This document shows, one piece after another, positions 54,981 to 64,000 of a stretch of DNA of 64,000 nucleotides. Under the pieces are notes generated by a model that saw only the letters and a list, made by a program, of their open reading frames with translations, was not told the DNA's origin and did no database searches. Both the position numbers and the translations under genes were made by a program. This stretch comes from a bacterium. GTDB lineage: Bacteria; Desulfobacterota; DSWW01. The stretch is taken from assembly GCA_028277985.1 (NCBI GenBank), contig JANQFG010000037.1, forward strand, positions 194 to 64,193. Direction: 5' to 3'. Positions within the stretch are counted from its first letter, which is position 1. Each line of letters starts with the position of its first letter.

Positions 54981-57900
54981 ATGCTCGACAAGGCGAACCA
55001 CTTCGTGTTGCATCACCGCCTGATTGTCATCATCGCAACGGTCGTTCTGGCGGGGGCCGGTGCCTACGCCTGGAAGATCCTGCCGATCGATGCTTTTCCG
55101 GACGTCACGAACGTTCAGGTCATGATCCTGACCGAGGCGCCGGGCCTCGCACCGGTGGACGTGGAACAACAGATCTCCTTTCCTCTGGAATTGGCCATGC
55201 AGGGCTTGCCGGATGTGCGGCAGATACGGTCCCTGTCCAAGGCGGCCCTTTCGCAGGTTGTGGTCGTCTTCGAGGATCATGTGGACACCTACTTTTCCCG
55301 CCAGCTCGTGTTCGAGCGTCTTCAATCCGCCAGAGAGGCGTTGCCCGAATGGGCGGAACCGGAAATGGGGCCCATCAGTACGGGCCTGGGCGAGATCTAC
55401 CAGTACACTCTCGAGAGCCCGGAGCGATCCCCCATGGAGTTGCGCACCATCCAGGACTGGCTGATCGCGCCGCAGCTCAGGGCGCTTCCCGGGGTCAACG
55501 AGGTGAACAGTTTCGGTGGATTCGTGAGACAGTACCACGTGCTCGTCGAGCCGAATCGGCTCCTCAAATACGGGGTCACCCTCCAGGACGTGTTGGAGGC
55601 GCTCAAAAAGAACAATGCGAATGCAGGCGGGAATTTCATTGTCAAGGGATGGGAACAGGCGTATGTCCGGAGCCTGGGTCTCATCGAAACGATCTCCGAC
55701 ATAGAGAATATCGTTCTCGAAGCAGAGGACGGGACGCCCGTCTACCTCAAGGACGTGGCTGTGGTGAAGGCCGGGCCTGAAACTCGCCAGGGGGCGGTGA
55801 CGAGGGACGGCAAGGGGGAAGCGGTCGCAGGCATGGTGATCATGCTGAAGGGCGAGAACTCGAAATTCGTGGTGGACCAGGTCAAGAAGACCATTCCGAA
55901 TGTCCAGGCCGGCTTGCCCAGGGACGTGAAGATCCTTCCCTTTTATGACCGGACGGCACTGATCCAGGCCTGCATAAGAACCGTGTCCGATGCCCTTCTT
56001 CAGGGAGGCGTCCTGGTCGTGATCGTCCTTTTTCTGTTTCTCGGTAACCTGCGGGCGTCTGCGATCGTCGCCCTCTCGCTTCCACTCACCGCTCTCGTCG
56101 CCTTTGTGCTGATGGGCTTACAGGGTGTAACGGCCAACCTGATGAGCCTCGGCGGCCTCGCCATTGCCATCGGTATGATCGTGGACGCCTCCATCGTCGT
56201 CTCCGAGAACATCGCGAGGCATCTGAACGAAAAGGCGGGGACCGAAGCGTCACAGGTCAAGATCGCTCTGGAAGCGGTGCAGGAGGTTGCGCGGCCCGTG
56301 CTCTTCGCCATCCTGATCATCGTCATCGTTTTTCTCCCTCTGTTCACGCTTGAGCAGATGGAAGGCAAGATGTTCCGGCCCCTTGCCCTTACGATGTGTT
56401 TTGCCATGCTCGGCTCGCTGGCCGTCTCCTTCACGATCGTGCCGGTTCTCTGCTCCCTGTTTCTTCGAGGCCAAAGGGAAGCCGGGGACAACGCGATCGT
56501 GCGATTCTTCAAGAGGGGCTACCTGCCGTTGCTGTCGTTGGCACTGCGCCGACCCTGGATGACGCTCGTGGCGGCCGCGTGCGTGCTGGGCGCGTCTCTG
56601 CTGCTCGTTCCCTTTGTGGGCACGGAGTTCCTCCCGGCCCTCGATGAAGGTGCCATCGCGGTCAACGTGGTGCGGCTGCCGTCCGCTTCGCTGGAAGGTT
56701 CGATCGCGGTTGGAACCGAGATGGAACGCCGCCTCCTTGAGAAGTTTCCCGAGGTGGAAACCGTGGTGACCAAGACCGGAAGGGCCGAGATCTCGGAGGA
56801 TCCCATGGGCCCGGAACAGAGCGACCTCTTCATCATGCTTCGCCCGAGAAAGGAATGGGGGACCGGGCGGGACAAAGGGGAGCTGACCGCTGCCATCCTG
56901 GAGGAGCTGAGTGGGATTCCGGGGCTGCGATTCTCTTTTTCCCAGCCCATTGCGCTCCGGGTCAACGAGCTGATCTCCGGAATCAAGAGCGACCTCGCGG
57001 TCAAGGTCTTCGGGCCGGACTTGGAGATCCTTCGGGAAAACGCGAACAGGATGGCGGCCGCCATCGGCGGGTTGGAGGGTGCCGAAGACGTCAAGGTCGA
57101 GCAGATCGCAGGGTTTGCCCAGGTGGAGGTGGTGGTGGACCGCAGGGCGATCGCCAGGCACAAGATCAACGTGTCGGATATCAACGAGGTTGTCGAGACC
57201 GCCGTGGGAGGCAAAGTCGCTACGACCGTGGTGGACGGACAGATGCGGTTCGCCGTGCTCGTCCGTTTTCCTGAAGAGAAACGAGGGGACCTGTCTTCCA
57301 TCGACCGGATCCTGGTCCCGTCCCCCGAAGGTCCTCACGTACCGCTGGGGCAACTTGCAACGATCCGGGAGGTGGAGGCCCCGGCACAGATCAGCCGCGA
57401 GAACGGCATGCGGCGCGTCGTAGCGGAGTGCAACGTCCGAGGAAGGGACATGGGGAGTTTCGTAGGGGAAGTGAGGGCGGCGATCGGCCCTATCGTGGAG
57501 AACCTTCCCTCCGGCTATTTCGTGGACTTTGGGGGCCAGTTCGAGAACCAGCAGCGCGCCATGCAGCGGCTGGCAGTCGTTGTGCCCGTGTCCATCCTGC
57601 TCATCTTCCTGATGCTCTTCTCCGCGTTTGACTCCATGCGGAGTGCCCTGCTCGTGCTCCTGAACCTTCCCTTTGCGCTGGTCGGCGGGATCCTGGCCAT
57701 CTTTCTTGCGAAGATCAACCTCAGTGTGTCTTCCGTCGTCGGGTTCATTGCGCTCTTCGGCATCGCCGTGGAGAACGGAACGGTCCTGGTCGCTTTTTTC
57801 AACCAGCTCAGGGATCAGGGCATGGATGCTCTCGAGGCGGTGAAGAAAGGCTGCGAGCTCCGTTTCCGGCCTCTTCTCATGACCGCGCTGACGACTCTGC

Positions 57901-58052
57901 TCGGGTTGACGCCCCTCCTGATTGCGAGCGGCAGCGGTTCTGAGATCCAGCGGCCTCTGGCGGCGGTCGTCCTTGGCGGACTCGTCTCTTCGATGCTGCT
58001 GACCTTGATCGTGCTTCCTGTTCTGTACTCTATCGTCGAATCGAGAAGGTGA
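54981..58052 (+). CDS. czcA: Heavy-metal efflux RND transporter, CzcA/CusA family
   Basis: PIDAFPDVTNVQV, STGLGEIY, NLMSLGG, IVDA, RFRPLLMTA, GSEIQRPLA. Confidence 0.93.
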   Translation: MLDKANHFVLHHRLIVIIATVVLAGAGAYAWKILPIDAFPDVTNVQVMILTEAPGLAPVDVEQQISFPLELAMQGLPDVRQIRSLSKAALSQVVVVFEDHVDTYFSRQLVFERLQSAREALPEWAEPEMGPISTGLGEIYQYTLESPERSPMELRTIQDWLIAPQLRALPGVNEVNSFGGFVRQYHVLVEPNRLLKYGVTLQDVLEALKKNNANAGGNFIVKGWEQAYVRSLGLIETISDIENIVLEAEDGTPVYLKDVAVVKAGPETRQGAVTRDGKGEAVAGMVIMLKGENSKFVVDQVKKTIPNVQAGLPRDVKILPFYDRTALIQACIRTVSDALLQGGVLVVIVLFLFLGNLRASAIVALSLPLTALVAFVLMGLQGVTANLMSLGGLAIAIGMIVDASIVVSENIARHLNEKAGTEASQVKIALEAVQEVARPVLFAILIIVIVFLPLFTLEQMEGKMFRPLALTMCFAMLGSLAVSFTIVPVLCSLFLRGQREAGDNAIVRFFKRGYLPLLSLALRRPWMTLVAAACVLGASLLLVPFVGTEFLPALDEGAIAVNVVRLPSASLEGSIAVGTEMERRLLEKFPEVETVVTKTGRAEISEDPMGPEQSDLFIMLRPRKEWGTGRDKGELTAAILEELSGIPGLRFSFSQPIALRVNELISGIKSDLAVKVFGPDLEILRENANRMAAAIGGLEGAEDVKVEQIAGFAQVEVVVDRRAIARHKINVSDINEVVETAVGGKVATTVVDGQMRFAVLVRFPEEKRGDLSSIDRILVPSPEGPHVPLGQLATIREVEAPAQISRENGMRRVVAECNVRGRDMGSFVGEVRAAIGPIVENLPSGYFVDFGGQFENQQRAMQRLAVVVPVSILLIFLMLFSAFDSMRSALLVLLNLPFALVGGILAIFLAKINLSVSSVVGFIALFGIAVENGTVLVAFFNQLRDQGMDALEAVKKGCELRFRPLLMTALTTLLGLTPLLIASGSGSEIQRPLAAVVLGGLVSSMLLTLIVLPVLYSIVESRR

Positions 58053-58148
58053 TCGCTTGTTGACACCCGCCCTGTCTGCACCTACGCTGATTCCGCAACG
58101 CTTGCGGAGCGGCAATCGAAAACCGTCTGGCATACACAGGAGGGAAGG

Positions 58149-58937
58149 ATGTTCGAGTTGTCCAGGTTCTCATTGGAAGGAAGAGTGGCCCTCGTCACCG
58201 GAGCAAGCCGGGGCATCGGGCATGCGACAGCGCTCGGGTTCTCCAGAGCAGGTGCGAGCGTAGCCATCACCAGCCGGAAACAACCCGATGTCGATGCGGT
58301 CGCGGACGAGATCCGGCGGATGGGCGGCAGAGCCCTGCCCATCGCTTCTCACGGCGGCAGGATGGAAAACCATGCAGCGCTGGTGGATGCCGTGGTCAAG
58401 GAATTCGACCGATTCGACATCCTGGTGAACAACGCGGCCACCTCCCCGGCCATGGCCTCCGTTCTGGATACGGAGGAGCGCCTCTGGGATACGATCATGA
58501 ATGTGAATCTGAAAGGCCTCTACTTCCTGAGCCAGGCTGCCGCGAAGGTGATGAAAAAGAACGGCGGAGGCAGAATCATCAACGTGACCTCGAGCGACGG
58601 GATCAAGGCTTCTCAGGGGAGAAGTGTCTATGCCATTTCAAAAGCGGCGGTTATCATGGCGACCAAGGCCTTTGCCGGCGAACTCGCTCGAGACAACATC
58701 CGCGTCAATGCCATTGCACCCGGTGCGGTGGACACGAGACTGCTCAACAACATCTGGCTGAATCTTCCCGAGGATCAGCAGGAAACCATACGATCACAGA
58801 TCGCCGAGGCCATCCCCCTGGGACACATCGGCGCGCCGGACGAGATCGTGGGCGCCATGATCTATCTGGCGTCGGATGCGTCCAGCTATCTGACCGGGCA
58901 GACGATCCTCATCGACGGCGGCGTTTCCGTCGGTTAG
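58149..58937 (+). CDS. SDR oxidoreductase (FabG/DHRS4-like)
   Basis: TGASRGIG, NNAA, YAISK, IRVNAIAPG, TGQTILIDGG. Confidence 0.93.
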   Translation: MFELSRFSLEGRVALVTGASRGIGHATALGFSRAGASVAITSRKQPDVDAVADEIRRMGGRALPIASHGGRMENHAALVDAVVKEFDRFDILVNNAATSPAMASVLDTEERLWDTIMNVNLKGLYFLSQAAAKVMKKNGGGRIINVTSSDGIKASQGRSVYAISKAAVIMATKAFAGELARDNIRVNAIAPGAVDTRLLNNIWLNLPEDQQETIRSQIAEAIPLGHIGAPDEIVGAMIYLASDASSYLTGQTILIDGGVSVG

Positions 58938-58949
58938 GTCAGGACCCTT

Positions 58950-60866
58950 TCACTCGACCATGCTCAGGGCAAAGCCCTCGGGGATCTCGCCGGTATGGGG
59001 GGCCATATAGGCCATGAAGGTGTTCAGTCCGAGCATCTTGTTCAGGCCGGTCAGGTGACTCCGCCAGCCATAGATGCCGAGCATGTTCAGGATATCCTCG
59101 TAGCAGGACAGTGCGAGCGTCCGGTTGCCGGTCAGGTCGGCCGCGATACCCATGTAATAGAGCGCCGCCGCCCGCTCGTTGTTCGCCTGGGTCCCGACGA
59201 CGGTGCCATCGAGACATTGCTCGAGCTGGAACATTCCTGCGTCCAGATCGGCCGTGCTCTCCGTGGCAATGCCCCTTCGCAGGAGGAATCTGGCTTCTGC
59301 CCGTCGGTATTTCGGTTCCTTTGGGTCGGCGATGCGTGCCGCTTCGAGATGGCCGAGTATGGTGTCCACATCCGTCTTGTCCACCTGGTAGGCCAGTTCG
59401 GCCGCCATGTACGCGGCGAGGCCCGCCCTGTGGCTGTCATCGACCCAGGTATAGCCCGGGAGCACCGCCGGTGTGACCGATGGCGTTCCGCCATTCAACT
59501 CGGCCCAGAAATCATATCCCCTGTACGGGTTCTTGCACGCAGGCATCCCGCCCTCGCCCGACGCGACCCAGAAGAGACCCTGGGCCGGCAGGAAGACCAC
59601 GGAGGTCACGTTCGGTGAGCCGCAGACCACGTTGCCGCCGCCTCGCTCCCGCTTGACCTCGTCGATCATGTCCATGGAGTCGCTCATGAACTCGGCAACC
59701 TTCGCCGGATCGATACTGCCGTGATGTCCGCCCACGAGGGATTTCAGCCTCGAGAACCGGCCGTACACGTCCCGCATCTGGATGTTCAGCTTGGCGGCGA
59801 TGTCCGCATCGAACTGCACCGAGGACTGCGCGAAATTTGTCGTTACGAGGGTGCTGTCCTCCATCCCCCGGATCCCGAGCTTCTCGAAGGTGCCCTCGAA
59901 CCCGAGGGCCTCACCCGTCTTGCCGTCTCCAACGCTCAGCCCGAAGGTCCCGCACCTGGGTTTCTCGGTCAGAAGGGTGACCACCTCGGGCAGGCTGCTC
60001 GTCTTGCGCATGATCTCGTTCTCGAAGATGGAGAAGGAGTATCCGTGAGGATCTGCGGGTGTGAAGACCATGAAATGCCCGCTCACGACCATGCCCACCT
60101 CGTTCATGGCGGAATTGCATTTGAGCAGACCCGCGGTGGTGACCTTCACGTACCGGTGTGCCCCCGGGTAGTCGTAGAAGACGACTACTTGATGGTCGAT
60201 CCACTGCTTCTGTCCTTCGTAGTCGGTGTTCCGCCCGAACACGAGCTCGCCGGTGGAGGTCGCCGGCCCGGATGCGAAGACCCCGCTGCACTCTCCCCCG
60301 CCGGTCGCTCCGTCGAGAAGGGTGATCATGTTGTAGTCGGACAGGAAGGAGGCCCGGAAGATGGTCTTGTAGTCGAGCCCGCTTCCGTCGGCAATGCCCT
60401 TCAACTCCTCGAGGTACTCGACAGGCGTCTCTCTCTCCATGGGGCCGAAGACTCTTCGGTCCGCCTCTTCGAGCTCGATGTCGATCATGGCCTGTGTCAT
60501 GTATGCAGGCGGTTGTCCGTGATAGAGCGGGTCGGAGAAGACCTCGAAGGTTGGGCTGTTGATGCTGTCCTTGAGAAGGATTCCTTGCTGGTATCCGAGC
60601 TCGTAGGAAGTGGGACCGGTCAGCCGGACGACCCGAATGCTCCCCTCCCTGGGCTCCATCACGGCCGTGCCGAATCGGAGGACCCCGCCCCCGAGGTCTT
60701 CGAGCACCGTGTTCTGGATTCGGTCGAGCACTTCCTGGTCCGGCAGGTAGTCGGTTCCGTCCGTCAACCCTTCCTCTTCGATCGGGAGCTCGCACGCCGC
60801 GAGTCCGAGGCAGAGCAGGGCTGTCAGCAGGGCCAAAGGAGATCTGATCTTTTTCCTAGTTGTCAT
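58950..60866 (-). CDS. C45-family Ntn hydrolase lipoprotein with C-terminal TPR-like helices
   Basis: Lipobox LAAC; ELGYQQG, EELKGIADG, autoproteolytic GE|CSG, GRNTD, AMNE.G, TNF. Confidence 0.82.
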   Translation of the reverse strand: MTTRKKIRSPLALLTALLCLGLAACELPIEEEGLTDGTDYLPDQEVLDRIQNTVLEDLGGGVLRFGTAVMEPREGSIRVVRLTGPTSYELGYQQGILLKDSINSPTFEVFSDPLYHGQPPAYMTQAMIDIELEEADRRVFGPMERETPVEYLEELKGIADGSGLDYKTIFRASFLSDYNMITLLDGATGGGECSGVFASGPATSTGELVFGRNTDYEGQKQWIDHQVVVFYDYPGAHRYVKVTTAGLLKCNSAMNEVGMVVSGHFMVFTPADPHGYSFSIFENEIMRKTSSLPEVVTLLTEKPRCGTFGLSVGDGKTGEALGFEGTFEKLGIRGMEDSTLVTTNFAQSSVQFDADIAAKLNIQMRDVYGRFSRLKSLVGGHHGSIDPAKVAEFMSDSMDMIDEVKRERGGGNVVCGSPNVTSVVFLPAQGLFWVASGEGGMPACKNPYRGYDFWAELNGGTPSVTPAVLPGYTWVDDSHRAGLAAYMAAELAYQVDKTDVDTILGHLEAARIADPKEPKYRRAEARFLLRRGIATESTADLDAGMFQLEQCLDGTVVGTQANNERAAALYYMGIAADLTGNRTLALSCYEDILNMLGIYGWRSHLTGLNKMLGLNTFMAYMAPHTGEIPEGFALSMVE

Positions 60867-61028
60867 CTTGGAAGCCTCCTTGTGTCACAAATTCCAAAAA
60901 GAGAAGGACAGGGGTGGGACACCTTCGGGGATGAAGGGAGCTTAAGGGGAATGGCGCCTGCGTGTCAACAAGAAATGGGAGAGAATGTAGAGTGAATGGG
61001 AAGAATCATCCTGGGATCTCGACCCCGG

Positions 61029-61454
61029 TCAATAAAGGTATCCGGCAGCGTGCGCTCGTTCCGGATCCGGGAAGAGAGCCATGCCGGTTTTTAGGAGGCC
61101 GAAATCAAGCTTCTCGTAGAAACCTTCTTTACCGGGAACGGCATAGATGAGAACGGTTGTCCGATCGGGGAGGCGATCCAGAAGGGCCTGCATGATGGTT
61201 CTTCCGATGCCCTGTCCCTGGACCTCCGGCAAGATCACCACATCATAGATGGCGGATTGGTACTCGCCATCCGAAATCGCCCTTCCGAATCCGACGAGGG
61301 CGTCCCCTTGCCACGCGGTGCACACGGCATAGCTGTTCTCGGAAGCGCGGCGCAGCTTGTCCGGTTTGCGCGTGCCAAGCGGTGCACGCTCAAAGATGCT
61401 GCATACATCGTTCCAGTCCAATCCGGCCGTCCCGAATTTCAACTCGGTTCTCAT
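61029..61454 (-). CDS. GNAT family N-acetyltransferase
   Basis: VGFGRAISDG, DVVILPEVQGQGIG, GFYEKL. ATGA overlap with the upstream gene. Confidence 0.9.
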   Translation of the reverse strand: MRTELKFGTAGLDWNDVCSIFERAPLGTRKPDKLRRASENSYAVCTAWQGDALVGFGRAISDGEYQSAIYDVVILPEVQGQGIGRTIMQALLDRLPDRTTVLIYAVPGKEGFYEKLDFGLLKTGMALFPDPERAHAAGYLY

Positions 61455-61909
61455 CTCTTCTTCACCATGATATCGACAGGGTTGCCTCGCCAGAGAGCCT
61501 TCTGCCAGAGCTCCCAACCGAGTCGCGAGTAAAGGGACTGCTGGTCGGTTGTGAAGAGATACAGAGTCTCAAATTCGAGAGACCACGCCTTGTCTTCCAC
61601 TACCCGACACAGTTGCGAGGCTACTCCGCGTCGTCGATGCTCCGGCCGGACAAAGACACCTCCCAGCCAGGGTGTCAGATCCTCCCTTCCTTCCAGATCG
61701 TGCACACGGAGGGCCGCCATTCCGAGCGCTTCGTCACCGGAATGAGCCACCCAGGCGATGGGCAGTTCATCCTTGTTCAGATGGGACCGAAGCTTCGCGT
61801 TCCGGCTCTCCATGCTCTCCTCCGGCACGAGAGACCGATAATGTGCAACGATCGCAGGGGCGAGCGAGGAAAGGAATTCCGGACGATCTCGCAGATAGCT
61901 GACGTTCAT
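61451..61909 (-). CDS. GNAT family N-acetyltransferase
   Basis: PWLGGVFVRPEHRRRGVA, LYLFT, LYSRLGW. Confidence 0.9.
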   Translation of the reverse strand: MNVSYLRDRPEFLSSLAPAIVAHYRSLVPEESMESRNAKLRSHLNKDELPIAWVAHSGDEALGMAALRVHDLEGREDLTPWLGGVFVRPEHRRRGVASQLCRVVEDKAWSLEFETLYLFTTDQQSLYSRLGWELWQKALWRGNPVDIMVKKR

Positions 61910-62749
61910 CTACTTCTTCCCAAGAGGGTGGATCGACAGAATCCAAGGCTCCAGACGACGACCATAGGCCAGCTCCACTTCATAGCGGGGAGGTGCAGGG
62001 GTGTCATCAGCCGATCTGCTTTTGGTCAGGATGGCGTCCAAGGCCCTCCGATGCTTGAGCGGAACGTGGATCGTTTCCATGCTCAACCTTGTGATATAGC
62101 CGAACACCTTCCGCCCCTCGTCGTAGAGAGGAAGGGGCTCGATGAGGCCCTTTGCAATGATGAAACTCGTTCTGTCTTTGTATTTCTCTCTCAACGTTTC
62201 CCGGTCGAGTCCCGCGTCCACGGCGAAGAGGCGGGATTCGGCTATGGATTCGCGCTCCACTCTCCTCTCCGCTCTCACAATGTCTTCGCTGTGTGATTCG
62301 GTTGTTTCTCGCGCAAATGCCAACGCAGCCTCTGCCCTTCGTATTGCCTCTTCGTGCGGTTCGCCACCCTTTTCCAGCACGATGAGGACTTCTTTCGGGA
62401 TGGGTTCCTTGTAATGGGTCGACTTGCTCTCCCGGCCGGGACCCACGTCGATGCGGAACCCCAGTTCCCTCAGTTTTGCGGCATTCAACCAGGCCGGGGA
62501 TCTCCCGTACGGATAGTAGACGTCCTCCTCGTCCCTTTCCTGGGCCCGCCAGGCAAGCCGCAAGGTCATTCCGCTGTTCTCTTTCTGAACGGGGTAATAG
62601 AAGGGAAGCTCGCGTTCCGTGAGGGTCAATCGCGCCTCAGGCTCGCCACGTCGGTTGGAAGCGACCCCCAGGAGCACCACAAGGTTGGTTGCCAGAAGCA
62701 CCAGAAGGGCGAGTGCAAACAGTCTGCGAGAAGACGGCAGCGTTTTCAT
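61910..62749 (-). CDS. DUF4824 family protein
   Basis: N-terminal TM, LTERE, ENSG..L, KL.ELGF, SRLFAVDAG, YGRR.EPW; ATGA-coupled to the DUF2157 gene. Confidence 0.72.
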   Translation of the reverse strand: MKTLPSSRRLFALALLVLLATNLVVLLGVASNRRGEPEARLTLTERELPFYYPVQKENSGMTLRLAWRAQERDEEDVYYPYGRSPAWLNAAKLRELGFRIDVGPGRESKSTHYKEPIPKEVLIVLEKGGEPHEEAIRRAEAALAFARETTESHSEDIVRAERRVERESIAESRLFAVDAGLDRETLREKYKDRTSFIIAKGLIEPLPLYDEGRKVFGYITRLSMETIHVPLKHRRALDAILTKSRSADDTPAPPRYEVELAYGRRLEPWILSIHPLGKK

Positions 62750-63822
62750 GCGGACACCTCCCGTACGTTCTCGCTTCCCGAATACCTGAGCCTCTTGAAG
62801 ATGAGTAAGATCAGAATCGCGGTCAAGCCCACCAGGAGGAAGAAGAGATACTTCGGCATCCAGTCCCACCACCAGTCATAGAATTTCGTGTATAGGAGAA
62901 TCGTGAAGAAGGCATTGCCTGTATTCACGACTTCTGGCCAACCCCGCTTGATCCCAAGCCAGATGGCGGCTGCGCTGAAGACGAAGCCCGCGATCTGGTA
63001 GCCCGCCTCGATCGACTCCGGTGAGAAATGCAGGTGACTGATCTTTCCCCAGTTGGAGAGAATCAGCACCGGAATGAAGAACAGAAGCATGGCGAAGACG
63101 CGGTAGATGGCTGCGAAGCCATGGTATCTGTGATGTGGGAGGAGGGGGACCAGGAACAGCAGCAGGGCTGCAGGAAAGAAATTCTCAGGCCGCTCTCCGA
63201 AATGGAGCCAGTAGCACCCGCTCCAAGTTCCGGTTCGTGCCGAGAGGTAGGATGCAATGCAGATAATCCCTGCGGCGAGAAGCAGGCGGGCGTCGGATGC
63301 GTAGGCAAGAACGAACGCGAATACCGCCCATACCAGAAAGGCGTTCGCCGAGGGAGTGATGTTGAAGATCTGTCCGATCATGGAGATGTTCAGGACAAAA
63401 CAGGCAAAGGTCACCAGCCCGAAAAGCTTGGCGAAGTAGGCAGTCTTCTCCCTGTGAGATGCGAAGATAGTGGCGGCCAGGCCGATGAGTGGGGCTGCGA
63501 CCAGTATGGCCACCTGAATGTGGGTCGAGAACCTTCCCCAGAACTGATAGAAGAGGAAGAACACGCTGGCTGCCAGACCCAGGGCCCCAAGGAACGAAGC
63601 GATCTTCATCCCGAGGCTGAGTTGCTTCTCCCGTTTGCTCGAATCGATGTCGAAAGCCGATGAAAGCTTTGCGATCAGGTCGTCGTGGTAACGGGCGACG
63701 GCAGAGCGATCGCTCTCCTTGAGAGTCAGGACATTCTCCTGCTCGATCATCTCCAGTTCGGCACGGAAGGATTGAATCTGGTCCGCCCTTCGCTGTGCAT
63801 CCGCTCTCGACTTCACCTGCAT
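62746..63822 (-). CDS. DUF2157 domain membrane protein
   Basis: AQ.RAD.I..FR.EL, GQIFNI, ERPENFFP, KFYDWWWDWMPKYLFF. Confidence 0.75.
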   Translation of the reverse strand: MQVKSRADAQRRADQIQSFRAELEMIEQENVLTLKESDRSAVARYHDDLIAKLSSAFDIDSSKREKQLSLGMKIASFLGALGLAASVFFLFYQFWGRFSTHIQVAILVAAPLIGLAATIFASHREKTAYFAKLFGLVTFACFVLNISMIGQIFNITPSANAFLVWAVFAFVLAYASDARLLLAAGIICIASYLSARTGTWSGCYWLHFGERPENFFPAALLLFLVPLLPHHRYHGFAAIYRVFAMLLFFIPVLILSNWGKISHLHFSPESIEAGYQIAGFVFSAAAIWLGIKRGWPEVVNTGNAFFTILLYTKFYDWWWDWMPKYLFFLLVGLTAILILLIFKRLRYSGSENVREVSA

Positions 63823-63848
63823 CCCTGGTCCGCCTTCTTTCCAGACGC

Positions 63849-64000
63849 CTACTTCTTCGGATAGCCCACCGACTGTGAAAGGGTCACCCTCTGCTCGGGT
63901 CGCAGCTTCATCGCCTTTTCGAGGGCAGGTCTGTCGATCAGGCCGCGTACCACGGTGGCCAACCCTTTGGAGGCGCAGTACAGGTAGACGTTCTGGCTGA
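63849..64000 (-). CDS. Nitroreductase / SagB-ThcOx-like protein, C-terminal part (partial)
   Basis: Manual translation SQNVYLYCASKGLATVVRGLIDRPALEKAMKLRPEQRVTLSQSVGYPKK*; not in the ORF track. Confidence 0.85.
   Translation of the reverse strand, partial: SQNVYLYCASKGLATVVRGLIDRPALEKAMKLRPEQRVTLSQSVGYPKK

Noticed and set aside
2081-60995. Many long antisense or alternate-frame ORFs (e.g. 2081..3460, 7195..9030, 15299..16981, 33732..35525, 41017..42510, 53592..55538, 56250..58133)
   Set aside because: Expected by-product of GC-rich codon usage opposite or within well-supported genes; no recognisable motifs.

Overview
GC-rich, gene-dense chromosomal window from a probable anaerobic deltaproteobacterium (Desulfobacterota-like). 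That assignment is inferred from gene content: multi-PAS hybrid kinases, DUF6125 proteins, Myxococcus-type Cys repeats and an AKR-ferredoxin fusion. About 50 CDS; no rRNA, tRNA, CRISPR array or transposase was recognised. The ORF track misses the most notable gene. The left edge carries the 5' part of hgcA (mercury-methylating corrinoid protein, truncated by the window). It is preceded by a Cys-rich AbrB-fold gene (hgcC-like) with a clear sigma70 promoter overlapped by repeats, and lies divergent from a protein carrying the AcsC-type Fe-S domain that HgcA itself lacks. Other notable items: (1) an uncharacterised five-gene operon (DUF6125, PaaK-like ligase, tandem double isochorismatase, DUF6125, flavoprotein); (2) a 176-bp MITE-like element with perfect 27-bp terminal inverted repeats; (3) several REP-like palindromes; (4) a czcI-CBA-like heavy-metal efflux operon whose adaptor has a His/Cys-rich N-terminus; (5) a lipoprotein-esterase/beta-oxidation-like cluster; (6) several uncharacterised surface proteins. 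Family assignments come from motifs read by eye, not from database searches.
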